In this document: positions 37,272 to 46,177 of the stretch, piece by piece | Position numbering within the stretch: the stretch's first letter is position 1 | Layout: every line of letters begins with the position of its first letter | Assembly: GCA_964344345.1 (NCBI GenBank) | Contig: CAYFNC010000011.1 | Span: 18,325-82,324, forward strand | Length of the DNA: 64,000 nt | Source: an uncultured Hyphomicrobiales bacterium | Lineage (GTDB): Bacteria; Pseudomonadota; Alphaproteobacteria; Rhodospirillales; CAYFNC01 | Reading direction: 5' to 3' | Notes under the pieces: generated by a model | What the model saw: only the letters and a program-made list of their open reading frames with translations | The model's database searches: none | Told to the model about the DNA's origin: nothing | Made by a program: the position numbers and the translations under genes

Positions 37272-38492
37272 ATGGAGCACGAATTTCACGCCGTACGACG
37301 GCTTCCGCCGTACGTGTTCGCCGAAGTCAACGCGATGAAGAGCCGCGCCCGCGCGGCCGGCGAGGACATCATCGATTTCGGCATGGGCAATCCCGACATG
37401 CCCACGCCCGAGCACATCGTCGAAAAGCTGCGCGAGACCGCGCTGGACGGCCGCACCCACCGTTATTCCAACTCGCGCGGCATTCCGGGGCTGCGCCGGG
37501 CCATCTGCGCCTATTACGAACGGCGCTTCGACGTGTCGCTCGACTTCGAGTCCGAGGCCATCGTGACGCTGGGCTCCAAGGAGGGTCTGGCCAACCTGAC
37601 CTCGGCGATCTCGGCCCCGGGCGACGTGGTGCTGGTGCCCAACCCCAGCTATCCCATCCACCAGTTCGGCTTCATCATCGTCGGCGCGGTGGTGCGCAAC
37701 GTGCCTGTTACGCCGGGCGAGGAGTTCCTCCAGGCCCTGGATCGCGCCGTGCGCCACAGCGTGCCCAAACCGACGGCGGTGGTTCTGAACTACCCCAACA
37801 ATCCCACCTGCCAGGTGGCGGACCTGGACTTCTACGCCGAGGTGGTGGACTTCTGCCGCATGCACGGCATCTACATCCTGTCGGACGTGGCCTATTCCGA
37901 GCTGTACTTCGACGGAAACCCGCCCCCCTCGATCCTGCAGGTGGCGGGCGCGCGCGACATTTCGGTGGAGTTCACCTCGCTGTCCAAGACCTACAACATG
38001 CCGGGCTGGCGCATCGGATTCGCCTGCGGCAACAAACGGCTGATCGCGGCCTTGGCCCGGGTGAAGTCGTATCTCGACTACGGCGCCTTCACCCCGATCC
38101 AGGTGGCGGCGACCGCCGCGCTGAACGGTCCCCAGGACTGCGTCGAGGAAATCCGCGAGACCTATCGCCAGCGGCGCGACGTGTTGATCGAGGGCCTGGC
38201 GGCGGCCGGATGGGAGGTTCCGCTTCCGGTCGCGACCATGTTCGCCTGGGCGCCGATCCCGCCCGCGTTCCAGCACCTGGGCTCGATCGAGTTCTCCAAG
38301 CTTATCCTGCGCGAGGCCCAGGTGGCGATCTCGCCCGGCATCGGCTTCGGCGAGCACGGCGACGGCCACGTCCGCTTCGCCCTGGTGGAGAATTTGCACC
38401 GCACGCGCCAGGCGCTGCGCAACATCAAGTCATTCATGAGCCGATACGATAAAGTGCTGGAAGGGGCGGAGCGCGACCGCGCCGCCGGTTGA
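37272..38492 (+). CDS. class I/II PLP-dependent aminotransferase (AlaC / LL-DAP-aminotransferase-annotated type)
   Basis: RLPPYVFAEVNAMK...DIIDFGMGNPD.PTP, YPNNPT and SLSKTYNMPGWRIGF (PLP-Lys motif). Sits in the conserved position upstream of hom. Confidence 0.85.
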   Translation: MEHEFHAVRRLPPYVFAEVNAMKSRARAAGEDIIDFGMGNPDMPTPEHIVEKLRETALDGRTHRYSNSRGIPGLRRAICAYYERRFDVSLDFESEAIVTLGSKEGLANLTSAISAPGDVVLVPNPSYPIHQFGFIIVGAVVRNVPVTPGEEFLQALDRAVRHSVPKPTAVVLNYPNNPTCQVADLDFYAEVVDFCRMHGIYILSDVAYSELYFDGNPPPSILQVAGARDISVEFTSLSKTYNMPGWRIGFACGNKRLIAALARVKSYLDYGAFTPIQVAATAALNGPQDCVEEIRETYRQRRDVLIEGLAAAGWEVPLPVATMFAWAPIPPAFQHLGSIEFSKLILREAQVAISPGIGFGEHGDGHVRFALVENLHRTRQALRNIKSFMSRYDKVLEGAERDRAAG

Positions 38493-38510
38493 GGGGGAAT
38501 TACACGCACC

Positions 38511-39803
38511 ATGAGCGAGCCTTTGAGGATTGCCGTCGCCGGACTGGGAACCGTGGGCGGCGGCGCGGTGAAACTGTTGCTGGAGAACGCGGCGCTGCTG
38601 GAAAAGCGCTGCGGCCGTCCGTTGAAGCTGGTGGCGGTGGCGGAAAGGGACGCGGGCCGGGACATCGGCGTTTCCCTTGACGGGATCGACCGGCTCGACG
38701 ACGCGTCCAAGCTTCCCGAACGCGACGACGTGGACGTGGTGGTGGAGCTGATCGGCGGCTCGGGCGGCATCGCCAAGACCCTTTGCGAAAGCGCGCTCAA
38801 CGCCGGAAAGCACGTGGTCACCGCCAACAAGGCGCTCATCGCCCACCACGGCAACGCATTCGCCCGCATCGCCGAGGCCAAGGGCGTGAGCCTTTGTTAC
38901 GAGGCCGCGGTGGCGGGCGGCATCCCCATCATCAAGGCCCTGCGCGAGGGGCTCGCGGGCAACGGGATCGGGCGCGTCTACGGCATCATGAACGGCACCT
39001 GCAACTACATCCTGACCCAGATGCGCGAATCGGGCCGGGAGTTCGACGACGTGCTGAAGGAGGCCCAGGAGCTCGGCTACGCCGAGGCCGACCCGTCCTT
39101 CGACGTGGATGGGGTGGACACGGCCCACAAGCTCGCCATCCTCGCCGCGCTGGCCTTCGGCTGCGAGATCGACTTCGACGCGGTCCAGATGGAGGGCATC
39201 CGCCACGTGTCCCCGGTGGACATCGAATACGCGGAAGAGCTCGGCTACCGCATCAAGCTTCTGGGCGTGGCCTCCAAGACCGACGCGGGCGTGGAGCAGC
39301 GGGTCCAGCCCTGCATGGCGCCCAAGGACGCTCCCATCGCCCAGGTCGAGGGCGTGTTCAACGCCGTCGTCGTGGACGGGGATTACGTGGACACCACGGT
39401 CTACCAGGGCCGAGGCGCGGGCGAGCGCCCGACCGCGTCCGCCGTGGTCGCCGACATCGCCGATCTGGCGCGCGGCCTTTCGTTGCCCACGCTCGGCGTT
39501 CCGGTGGGCGATCTCGCGCCGTCGCGCCCGGCGGCGACGGACCTGCACCAGGGGGCCTACTACGTGCGGCTGATGGTGCTGGACAAGCCGGGCGTCTTCG
39601 CCGACGTGGCCAAGATTCTCCGCGACCACCAGGTGTCCATGGAATCGATCATCCAGCGCACGCGCCGCCCCGGCGAGCCCGTGCCCGTGGTCATGACCTT
39701 CCACGAGACCCGCGAGCTGGCCGCCCAGGGCGCGTTGGTCGACATCGAGGCCTTGGACGCGGTGGTCGAGCCGCCGCGCATGATCAGGATCGAATCCTTT
39801 TAA
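38511..39803 (+). CDS. hom: homoserine dehydrogenase
   Basis: IAVAGLGTVGGG, TANKAL, EAAVAGGIPII, NGT.NYILT.M and DVDG.D.AHKL motifs plus a C-terminal ACT domain. Confidence 0.92.
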   Translation: MSEPLRIAVAGLGTVGGGAVKLLLENAALLEKRCGRPLKLVAVAERDAGRDIGVSLDGIDRLDDASKLPERDDVDVVVELIGGSGGIAKTLCESALNAGKHVVTANKALIAHHGNAFARIAEAKGVSLCYEAAVAGGIPIIKALREGLAGNGIGRVYGIMNGTCNYILTQMRESGREFDDVLKEAQELGYAEADPSFDVDGVDTAHKLAILAALAFGCEIDFDAVQMEGIRHVSPVDIEYAEELGYRIKLLGVASKTDAGVEQRVQPCMAPKDAPIAQVEGVFNAVVVDGDYVDTTVYQGRGAGERPTASAVVADIADLARGLSLPTLGVPVGDLAPSRPAATDLHQGAYYVRLMVLDKPGVFADVAKILRDHQVSMESIIQRTRRPGEPVPVVMTFHETRELAAQGALVDIEALDAVVEPPRMIRIESF

Positions 39804-39831
39804 AACAGAAAACCCGGCGAGGGGGGGGGCC

Positions 39832-40806
39832 ATGCCATATCTTCAGGAGATCAGCCGCGAACAGCCCGGCGTGTTCCTGTTTCTGATCGACCAGTCCAAA
39901 TCCATGGAGGAGCCGTTCGCCCACAACAACGCGGGCGAGCCGATCAGCCGCGCCGCAGTGGTGGCCGAGGCGCTGAACAACACGCTGGAGGAACTGGTCA
40001 ACCGCTGCGTCCGAGACGAGGGCGTGCGGGATTATTTCCACGTCGGCGTCATCGGCTACGGCAAGTTCAACCGAGCGGCGTTCAGCTGGGAGGGCGAGAT
40101 GGCCAAGCGGTCCATCGTGTCCATCTCGCGCGTCGCCCGCAACGCCACGGTCGAGGAGCAGGAGATCGAGACCACGGTCCGCGGCCAGACCGTGCGGGAA
40201 AGGGCCACGGTCTATCGCTGGGTCACCCCCCAGGCGGTGGGCAGCACGCCCATGAACAGCGCCTTCCAACTGGCGCATCAGGCCATGGAGCAATGGGTCT
40301 ACCGCCACCCCCAGTCCTATCCGCCCATCGTCATCAACATCACCGACGGCATGGCCAACGACGTGGAGAGCAAGGAGGAGTTGCTGGCGAGCGCCCGACG
40401 GCTCACCGACCTCAAGACCACCGACGGGAACGTCCTGCTCATCAACTGCCACATTTCCGGCGGCGAAAACGAACCGGTGGTGTTCCCCTGGAGCCCGCTG
40501 GACCTGCCCAAGGATTCCTACGCCCGTCTCCTGTTCGAGATGTCGAGCGAGATTTCTGAACGGCTGCGCGACGTGATCTGCGAGATCTTCGGCCGCGACG
40601 CGTCGCAGATCCCCATGCTCAAGGGCATGGCCTACAACGCCGACGCGGTGGCCTTGGTCAAGGTGCTCGACATCGGCACCCGCCAGGCGATCGTGCTGCC
40701 CTCGGACGCGGGCTTCGATTCCCTGACAACGAACGACGCCCCGGTCGAGATCGAGCCCGCTCCCGAGGAGGAGAAACCGACCGAGGGGCCCGAGAGCTTC
40801 TCCTGA
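39832..40806 (+). CDS. von Willebrand factor A (TerY-like) protein, first gene of the vWA/PP2C/kinase triad
   Basis: MIDAS residues are present: LIDQSKSM (DxSxS), GSTPM (Thr), NITDGMAND (Asp). Starts 28 nt after the hom stop with a G-rich Shine-Dalgarno sequence. Confidence 0.75.
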   Translation: MPYLQEISREQPGVFLFLIDQSKSMEEPFAHNNAGEPISRAAVVAEALNNTLEELVNRCVRDEGVRDYFHVGVIGYGKFNRAAFSWEGEMAKRSIVSISRVARNATVEEQEIETTVRGQTVRERATVYRWVTPQAVGSTPMNSAFQLAHQAMEQWVYRHPQSYPPIVINITDGMANDVESKEELLASARRLTDLKTTDGNVLLINCHISGGENEPVVFPWSPLDLPKDSYARLLFEMSSEISERLRDVICEIFGRDASQIPMLKGMAYNADAVALVKVLDIGTRQAIVLPSDAGFDSLTTNDAPVEIEPAPEEEKPTEGPESFS

Positions 40807-40819
40807 CGCGAGCCCGACC

Positions 40820-41947
40820 ATGACGCCTCCGGACCTGGAAATCGAAGCGGAGGGCCGTATCCGCGTTTACGGCAGGACGACGGCCAAGCCCAAGAACGAC
40901 CGCGTCGTCCAGAACGCCAAGGCGAAATGGCGCGCCAACGAGGATCGGTTCCGTCTTTCGCAAAAGGGCGACCGCATTGTCTGCGCCGTGTCCGACGGCG
41001 CCGGATCGTCCGGCATGTACTGCGGGGCCTGGGCGGAGACCCTGGTCAGCAAGCTGCCCAACAAGCCCCTGAAGAACTTCAAGGCCCTGAACGACTGGAT
41101 GGAAGGGTTCTGGCAGGGGTTTTCCGAAAAGTACAAGATGCTGTCGGCGTCCGAGACCTTCAAGCGCAACAAGTTCGTGCGCGAGGGCTCGTGCGCCACG
41201 CTCACCGCCTGCTGGGTCAAGCCCATAGAGGGCGGGGCCAGACTCTATTGGATGGCCTACGGCGACAGCCCGCTGATGATCTTCCAGGACAAGGCGAACG
41301 GGCCGCGCATGTTCTTTCCCGATTCCCTGGCGTCCTTCGACCACGCCCCGCACCTTCTGAACTGGAAGGACCTTCCGGACGAAAGCCAGTTCCACGCCGG
41401 GACCGTGGACCTGAAGGGTCCGGCCAAGGTGGTCTTGGCCTCCGACGGCATGGGGCAATTCTTGCTGCTGCGTCACCTGTCGGACATGTTCCGCAACATG
41501 GGCGAACGGAACGGCGAGGCCGCCCTGATGGACGAGTTCGCCCGCTTCGTGAAACGGCCCCAGGGCCGGATGGCGAACCTGGTCCGCTCCCATCTCGCGT
41601 CCCCGGGACCCGGCATCCTGCGCGAGCTCGACGCCATCCGCGACAACATGGAGGACGACGAGAGCTTCGCCGCCATGGCCGAACGTTGCCACGCGCAAAA
41701 ACTTCTGCCCAACGACGACGCCACATTGGTGATCATCGAAATCGAGCCGCCGTTGCCCGAGCCCGAGCCGGAACCTGAGCCCGAGGAGGAAACGGCCTCC
41801 GACGACGAGGAGACGGCGGTTGCGGAGCCCGAGCCCCAGCTCGAGCTGGCGCTGGAGGCCCCTCCGGAACAGGAGCCGCAAACCGAACCCGAGCAAGAGC
41901 CCGAACCGGCGCCCGAACCCGAACCGGAGCCCCAAGAGCCGTCATGA
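40820..41947 (+). CDS. PP2C-family Ser/Thr phosphatase-like protein with an acidic Pro/Glu-repeat tail
   Basis: AVSDGAGSSG, YGDSPL and LASDGMGQF are metal-binding Asp motifs of the PP2C_2 type. The C-terminal 80 aa are EP/PE repeats. Confidence 0.65.
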   Translation: MTPPDLEIEAEGRIRVYGRTTAKPKNDRVVQNAKAKWRANEDRFRLSQKGDRIVCAVSDGAGSSGMYCGAWAETLVSKLPNKPLKNFKALNDWMEGFWQGFSEKYKMLSASETFKRNKFVREGSCATLTACWVKPIEGGARLYWMAYGDSPLMIFQDKANGPRMFFPDSLASFDHAPHLLNWKDLPDESQFHAGTVDLKGPAKVVLASDGMGQFLLLRHLSDMFRNMGERNGEAALMDEFARFVKRPQGRMANLVRSHLASPGPGILRELDAIRDNMEDDESFAAMAERCHAQKLLPNDDATLVIIEIEPPLPEPEPEPEPEEETASDDEETAVAEPEPQLELALEAPPEQEPQTEPEQEPEPAPEPEPEPQEPS

Positions 41948-42936
41948 CCTATCCGCTGATCAACGACTACAAAGCCGCCATGCGCAATCCGACCGCCCGC
42001 TTCGCCAGCTTGACGGTCGATCCCGCGACCACGTCCAAGGGCCAGCCGGTGTTTTTGGCCGGGAACTTCGCCTGCGTGTTCAAGGGCCGGCTGAACGGCG
42101 CCGAGACGCCCTCGGCCATCAAGTGCTTCATCCGCGACATGCCGGACCTGGAGCGCCGCCACGCGGCGATTGCGGACATCATCAAGAGCCTGGACGCGCC
42201 CTACCTTCCGGATTTGGCGTTCCATCCGGGCGAGTTGTTCGTCAGCTCCGAGGTGGCGGACAGCGGCGACTATCCCGTGGTCACCATGCCCTGGATCGAG
42301 GGCGAGACCCTGAGCGCGACGGTCAAGCGCCTTTGCGAGGGGGCGAGGCGGGACGCGCTGGTCGGGCTCGGCCGGGCGTGGGCGAACCTGTGCCTGAACA
42401 TGCTGTCGGCCGGGATATCCCACGGCGACCTGAAACACGACAACATCCTGATCGACAAGTCGGGCAAGCTGATGCTGATCGATTGCGAGTCCATCTACAC
42501 CCCGGCGCTGAACGGCCTTCCGGCGATCCTGCTCGGCGGCGTGAACTATCAGCACCCCAAGCGCGAGGCCAAGCATTTCGACGGGGACCTCGACCATTTC
42601 TCCATGCTGGTGATCGCGCTGACCTTGCGCGCGCTGGCGTTCGAGCCCGGGCTTCTGGAAAAGCACTGCAACGGCGAGAACCTGATCCTCACGCGCGAAG
42701 ACTTCAACGCGCCCGACCGCTCCGAACTTATCGCCCGGCTCAAGTCCAGTCCCGACGGCCTGATCCGGGAATGGACCGACCAGATGGTCGAGGCGCTGGC
42801 GGGCGAGTCCATGGCCATCCCCAAGATCAAGCGAACCCTGAAACAGGCCAAGCTCGCCGAAGCCGAGCCGGTCGAGGGCCGCTGGGCGATGATGACGGCG
42901 TCGGTGGAATTGCCGTGGAAGAAGAAAAAGGGTTAA
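41944..42936 (+). CDS. atypical Ser/Thr protein kinase-like protein
   Basis: FLAGNFACVFKG (degenerate Gly loop), AIKCF (VAIK Lys), catalytic loop HGDLKHDNILI, and LIDCE in place of DFG. ATGA overlap with the phosphatase gene. Confidence 0.7.
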   Translation: MTYPLINDYKAAMRNPTARFASLTVDPATTSKGQPVFLAGNFACVFKGRLNGAETPSAIKCFIRDMPDLERRHAAIADIIKSLDAPYLPDLAFHPGELFVSSEVADSGDYPVVTMPWIEGETLSATVKRLCEGARRDALVGLGRAWANLCLNMLSAGISHGDLKHDNILIDKSGKLMLIDCESIYTPALNGLPAILLGGVNYQHPKREAKHFDGDLDHFSMLVIALTLRALAFEPGLLEKHCNGENLILTREDFNAPDRSELIARLKSSPDGLIREWTDQMVEALAGESMAIPKIKRTLKQAKLAEAEPVEGRWAMMTASVELPWKKKKG

Positions 42937-43784
42937 TCCAGCAGCTCTATAATCCGCTCCATCGCCTCCGCGGAGCCCAGCGGGATGGAGACGTGCGGCC
43001 CCTTGGGGACGTCATGGTCCCGGGGATTGACCCGGACCAGCACGCCGCGCGCGCCCCGGGCGGCGGCTTCGGACGTGCGCCGGACCGTGGGCACCGCCTT
43101 TCCGGCGCCGAACTCCAACACGACAAGGGAATGCCTGGCCCGCTCCAATCCCTCCAACCAACGGTGCATGCGCCGCGACTGGGTGTTGTAGCGGGTGCCG
43201 ATCCAGGTCCAGTCGCCGAACAGCATGATGTTGGGCCTGGCGACCTCGCGGCAGTGGGGGCAGCGGGGCAGCGGGCTGGTGGCCCGGAAGCGATCCATGT
43301 CGATGTCGAGCTTGACCGCGTCCGCGGGCCAGGTCTCGTGCGCGCAGGGCTTGGTGCATTGCAGGTAATGGATCGAGCCGTGGCATTCCTCGATCCGGTT
43401 TTCCGAAAAGCCCGCCTTCTGGAACTGCCCGTCCACGTTGGAGGTGAAGACGTAGTAGCCGCCGGGCTTGGACTCGCCAAGCGCCAACAGCCGGGCGAAC
43501 CCGGAATGGGGCTCGGTCTTGCGATAAAGGTCGAGGCGATGGCCGTAGAACGCCCAGGCGAAGTCGGGCTCGTGGGCGAACCAGTGCGGGTTGGCCATGT
43601 CGGCGAAATCCATGCCCATCTTGGCGATGGGGGGATAGGCCTTCCAGAATCCCTCGCGGCCCCGGAAATCGGGCAGGCCGGAGTCCACGCCCATGCCGGC
43701 CCCGGCGGTGATCAGGACCGCGTCGGCCCCGGCCACCGCCTCGGCCGCGTGAATCAGGTTCCTTTCGAGCAGATCGACGGGCAT
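42933..43784 (-). CDS. SIR2-family NAD-dependent protein deacylase
   Basis: ITAGAGMGVDSGLPDFRG, FTSNVDGQF, CHGS and a Zn ribbon (C.KPC...CPHC). Lies 4 nt downstream of metZ. Its 3' end overlaps the kinase 3' end by 4 nt, convergent. Confidence 0.8.
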   Translation of the reverse strand: MPVDLLERNLIHAAEAVAGADAVLITAGAGMGVDSGLPDFRGREGFWKAYPPIAKMGMDFADMANPHWFAHEPDFAWAFYGHRLDLYRKTEPHSGFARLLALGESKPGGYYVFTSNVDGQFQKAGFSENRIEECHGSIHYLQCTKPCAHETWPADAVKLDIDMDRFRATSPLPRCPHCREVARPNIMLFGDWTWIGTRYNTQSRRMHRWLEGLERARHSLVVLEFGAGKAVPTVRRTSEAAARGARGVLVRVNPRDHDVPKGPHVSIPLGSAEAMERIIELLD

Positions 43785-43788
43785 GGGC

Positions 43789-44988
43789 TCAGCCGGTGGC
43801 GGCCTTGAGGGCCTGGTCCAGGTCCTCCTTGATGTCGTCGATGTGCTCGAGCCCCACCGAGACGCGCACCATGTTCTGGTCGATGCCCATGGCGAGGCGC
43901 TCGTCCTCGGTCAGGCGCTGGTGGGTGGTGGTGGACGGGTGGGTGGCCAGGCTCTTGGCGTCGCCGAGATTGTTGGAGATGTCCACCAGCTTGAGCGAAT
44001 CCAGGAACCGGAACGCCGCCTCGCGCCCGCCGCCCGCGAGCTCGAACGCGACCACGCCGCCGCCCGCCGTCATCTGCTTCATGGCCAGCGCGTGCTGGGG
44101 ATGGCTTTCGAGCCCGGGATAGAGCACCCGGTCCACCCCGTCGCGGGCTTCCAGGAAATGGGCCGCGGCGAGCGCGTTCTGGCAATGGCGCTCCATGCGG
44201 AGCTCCAAGGTCTCGATTCCCTTGAGCAGCACCCAGGCGTTGAAGGGGCTCAGCGCCGGTCCGGTGTTGCGGAGAAACGGCACCAGCTCGTTTTCCATCC
44301 ATTCCCCGTCGTTGGTCAGGATGGCCCCGCCCAAGGAGCGTCCCTGTCCGTCCAGGTGCTTGGTGGCGGAGTAAATCGTCACGTCCGCGCCCATGTCCAA
44401 GGGCCGTTGCAGGACGGGCGTCGCGAACACGTTGTCGACCACCACACGGGCCCCGGCCGCGCGGCCCATTTCGCACACCGCCGGAACGTCGATGATCTTG
44501 AGCGTCGGGTTGGACGGGGTCTCGAGGAAGATGGCGTCGGTCTTGGTCGCGAGCGCGTCCTTCCACTGATCCAGGTCGGTTCCGTCCACAAGCACGGTCT
44601 CGACGCCGTAGCGGGGCAAAAGCTGGGCGACGATGAAATGGCACGACCCGAACAGCGCGTTGGACGCCACCACCCGGGAGCCCGCCCTGACCGACGCCAA
44701 CAGCGCCGCGTTGACCGCCGCCATGCCGCTGGCGGTGGCCATGCAGAATTCGGCCCCGTCCAGCGCGGCCATGCGGGCCTCGAACATGCCGACGCTGGGA
44801 TTGGCGAATCGAGAGTAGACGAAGCGCTTCTTCTCGCCGGTGAACGCCGCCTCGGCCTCGGCCGCGGACTCGTAGACATAGCCCGATGTCATGAAGATGG
44901 CCTCGGACGTCTCGCAGAAGCCGGAGCGCTGGGTCCCGCCGCGCACCAGGGTGGTCGCGCGGCGGCGCGAAGTCGTGTTGTCGGCCAT
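43789..44988 (-). CDS. metZ: O-succinylhomoserine sulfhydrylase (Cys/Met-metabolism PLP enzyme)
   Basis: TTLVRGG..RS.F.ETSEA.F.TSGY, SATKHLDGQGR (PLP-Lys) and LGD.KSL..HP..TTH are present. An AAGGAGGA Shine-Dalgarno sequence lies 5 nt before the ATG at 44988. Confidence 0.85.
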   Translation of the reverse strand: MADNTTSRRRATTLVRGGTQRSGFCETSEAIFMTSGYVYESAAEAEAAFTGEKKRFVYSRFANPSVGMFEARMAALDGAEFCMATASGMAAVNAALLASVRAGSRVVASNALFGSCHFIVAQLLPRYGVETVLVDGTDLDQWKDALATKTDAIFLETPSNPTLKIIDVPAVCEMGRAAGARVVVDNVFATPVLQRPLDMGADVTIYSATKHLDGQGRSLGGAILTNDGEWMENELVPFLRNTGPALSPFNAWVLLKGIETLELRMERHCQNALAAAHFLEARDGVDRVLYPGLESHPQHALAMKQMTAGGGVVAFELAGGGREAAFRFLDSLKLVDISNNLGDAKSLATHPSTTTHQRLTEDERLAMGIDQNMVRVSVGLEHIDDIKEDLDQALKAATG

Positions 44989-45016
44989 GAAGTCCTCCTT
45001 GCCGGGGCGGCCCAAG

Positions 45017-45044
45017 AAAAAACCCGGCCGCGAAAAAGCCGGGT
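45017..45044 (-). terminator. leader terminator/attenuator between the SAM-II element and metZ
   Basis: Minus strand reads ACCCGGC-UUUUUCGCG-GCCGGGU followed by UUUUUC, about 28 nt upstream of the metZ ATG. Confidence 0.6.
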
Positions 45045-45057
45045 CGTGCGCCTCGGA

Positions 45058-45110
45058 CCTTTTAGCGGGGTTTTTTTACGTGGCCGCAAGCCGGTCGCCA
45101 AATCACCACG
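45058..45110 (-). promoter_or_regulatory. SAM-II (SAM-alpha) riboswitch in the metZ leader
   Basis: Minus strand reads GUGGUGAUUUGGCGACCGGCUUGCGGCCACGUAAAAAAACCCCGCUAAAAGG. It has a P1 (GUGG/CCAC) and a pseudoknot AUUUGGC/GCUAAA(A). The conserved GAUUUGGC, GGCUUGC and GCUAAA blocks match my memory of the metA/SAM-II motif. Confidence 0.7.
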
Positions 45111-45118
45111 TTGGTTAA

Positions 45119-45147
45119 CGCATACTCCCACGGCGCGAAATCGTCAA
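45119..45147 (-). promoter_or_regulatory. candidate sigma-70 promoter for the metZ leader (TTGACG-17 nt-TATGCG)
   Basis: Read on the minus strand. The -10 ends about 9 nt before the riboswitch P1. The -10 is weak. Confidence 0.4.
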
Positions 45148-45197
45148 GACCCTTGGGATTCCTGGGCGCGCGGCCCCAAACAGGGGTTTACGGCCCG

Positions 45198-45213
45198 TTT
45201 ACGATTCATTAAC
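45198..45213 (+). promoter_or_regulatory. CtrA-type box (TTTA-N7-TTAAC) upstream of flgB
   Basis: One mismatch to the TTAA-N7-TTAAC consensus. Lies 58 nt upstream of the flgB ATG. Confidence 0.4.
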
Positions 45214-45270
45214 TTTCTCGGCGGAGAATGAATACGGTGCATTGGATTCTTGCATGGGGAGCCTTACGCC

Positions 45271-45675
45271 ATGGAGCTTAACAATCTCCCGCTTTTCGGG
45301 ATCGTCAAGCGGCGCCTGGACTGGCTGACCCAGCGGCAAGAGGTGTTGGCCTCGAATATCGCCAACGCGGACACGCCGGGCCACAAGTCCCGCGACATCG
45401 CCAAGTTCAAGTTCGACGAACTGGTGCGGCGCGAGAAGATGAACCTGAACATGGCGTCGTCGGACGCCGGCCACGTCGGCGGGCGGCGCAAGCGTCTCCG
45501 CGACTGGGCGTCCGAGGAAATCAAGCGGCCCCATGAAACCCTGCCCAACGAGAACTCGGTCGTTCTCGAGGAGCAAATGGGCAAGATGAACGAGACCCAG
45601 GTGATGCACAAGGTCACCACCTCGCTCTACAAGAAGCAACTGCACCTGTTCAAGATCGCGATCGGAAAGGGCTGA
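45271..45675 (+). CDS. flgB: flagellar basal-body rod protein FlgB
   Basis: L.QRQ.VLASNIANADTPG...RD is the rod-protein N-terminal signature. Size and position ahead of flgC fit. Confidence 0.85.
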   Translation: MELNNLPLFGIVKRRLDWLTQRQEVLASNIANADTPGHKSRDIAKFKFDELVRREKMNLNMASSDAGHVGGRRKRLRDWASEEIKRPHETLPNENSVVLEEQMGKMNETQVMHKVTTSLYKKQLHLFKIAIGKG

Positions 45676-45711
45676 CGCGATTACGGCTTCCGGGGATCGG
45701 AGTAACCGGTC

Positions 45712-46122
45712 ATGGATGATTTGCTGAAGACATTTCGTATTTCGGCCGCGGGGATGAAGGCCCAGGGCACGCGCTTGCGCGTCGTGTCCGAGAACATCGC
45801 CAACGCCAACAACGTGGCGTCCTCGCCGGGCGATTCTCCCTACGAGCGCAAGACGGTGATCTTCAAGAACAAGCTGGACAAGGCCATCGGGCTCGACACC
45901 GTCCGGGTCCACCGCATCGCCCAGGAAAAGGGCGGGTTCAAGCGCAGCTACGAGCCCGGGCATCCGCACGCGGACGAGAACGGCTACGTCTTGAAGCCGA
46001 ACGTGAATTCGTTGATCGAAATGATGGACATGCGCGAGGCCCAGCGCTCCTACCAGGCCAACGTGAGCGTGATCAAGGCGTCCCGGGGCATGATCGAGAA
46101 CACCATTGACGTGCTGAAATAG
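45712..46122 (+). CDS. flgC: flagellar basal-body rod protein FlgC
   Basis: ISAAGMKAQ..RL.VVSENIANA.....PG..PY.RK and the C-terminal SNV....EM..M..A.RSY.AN. Confidence 0.9.
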   Translation: MDDLLKTFRISAAGMKAQGTRLRVVSENIANANNVASSPGDSPYERKTVIFKNKLDKAIGLDTVRVHRIAQEKGGFKRSYEPGHPHADENGYVLKPNVNSLIEMMDMREAQRSYQANVSVIKASRGMIENTIDVLK

Positions 46123-46177
46123 TCGTGATGTGCTAAGCTACAGCAATTAGCCGGACCGCGAGGGAAAGGACAAAACG

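Noticed and set aside
41730-41945. Short periodic CCCGAGCC/GAACC repeats, and the 93-bp repeats at 61570-61935, as possible CRISPR-like arrays.
   Set aside because: Both are in-frame coding repeats (a Pro/Glu tail and coiled-coil units) with no spacer structure. No cas genes are present.
42933-43784. SIR2 gene as part of a defence system (Thoeris/DSR-like) together with the adjacent triad.
   Set aside because: It has the canonical sirtuin NAD pocket and Zn-ribbon motifs. It is on the opposite strand from the triad and sits 4 nt downstream of metZ. It therefore looks like a housekeeping deacylase in the metZ transcript.
45225-45255. Possible sigma-54 promoter (GGTGCA...TTGCA) upstream of flgB.
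   Set aside because: The GG-to-GC spacing is 14 nt (or 6 nt for the alternative GG) rather than the required 10 nt.
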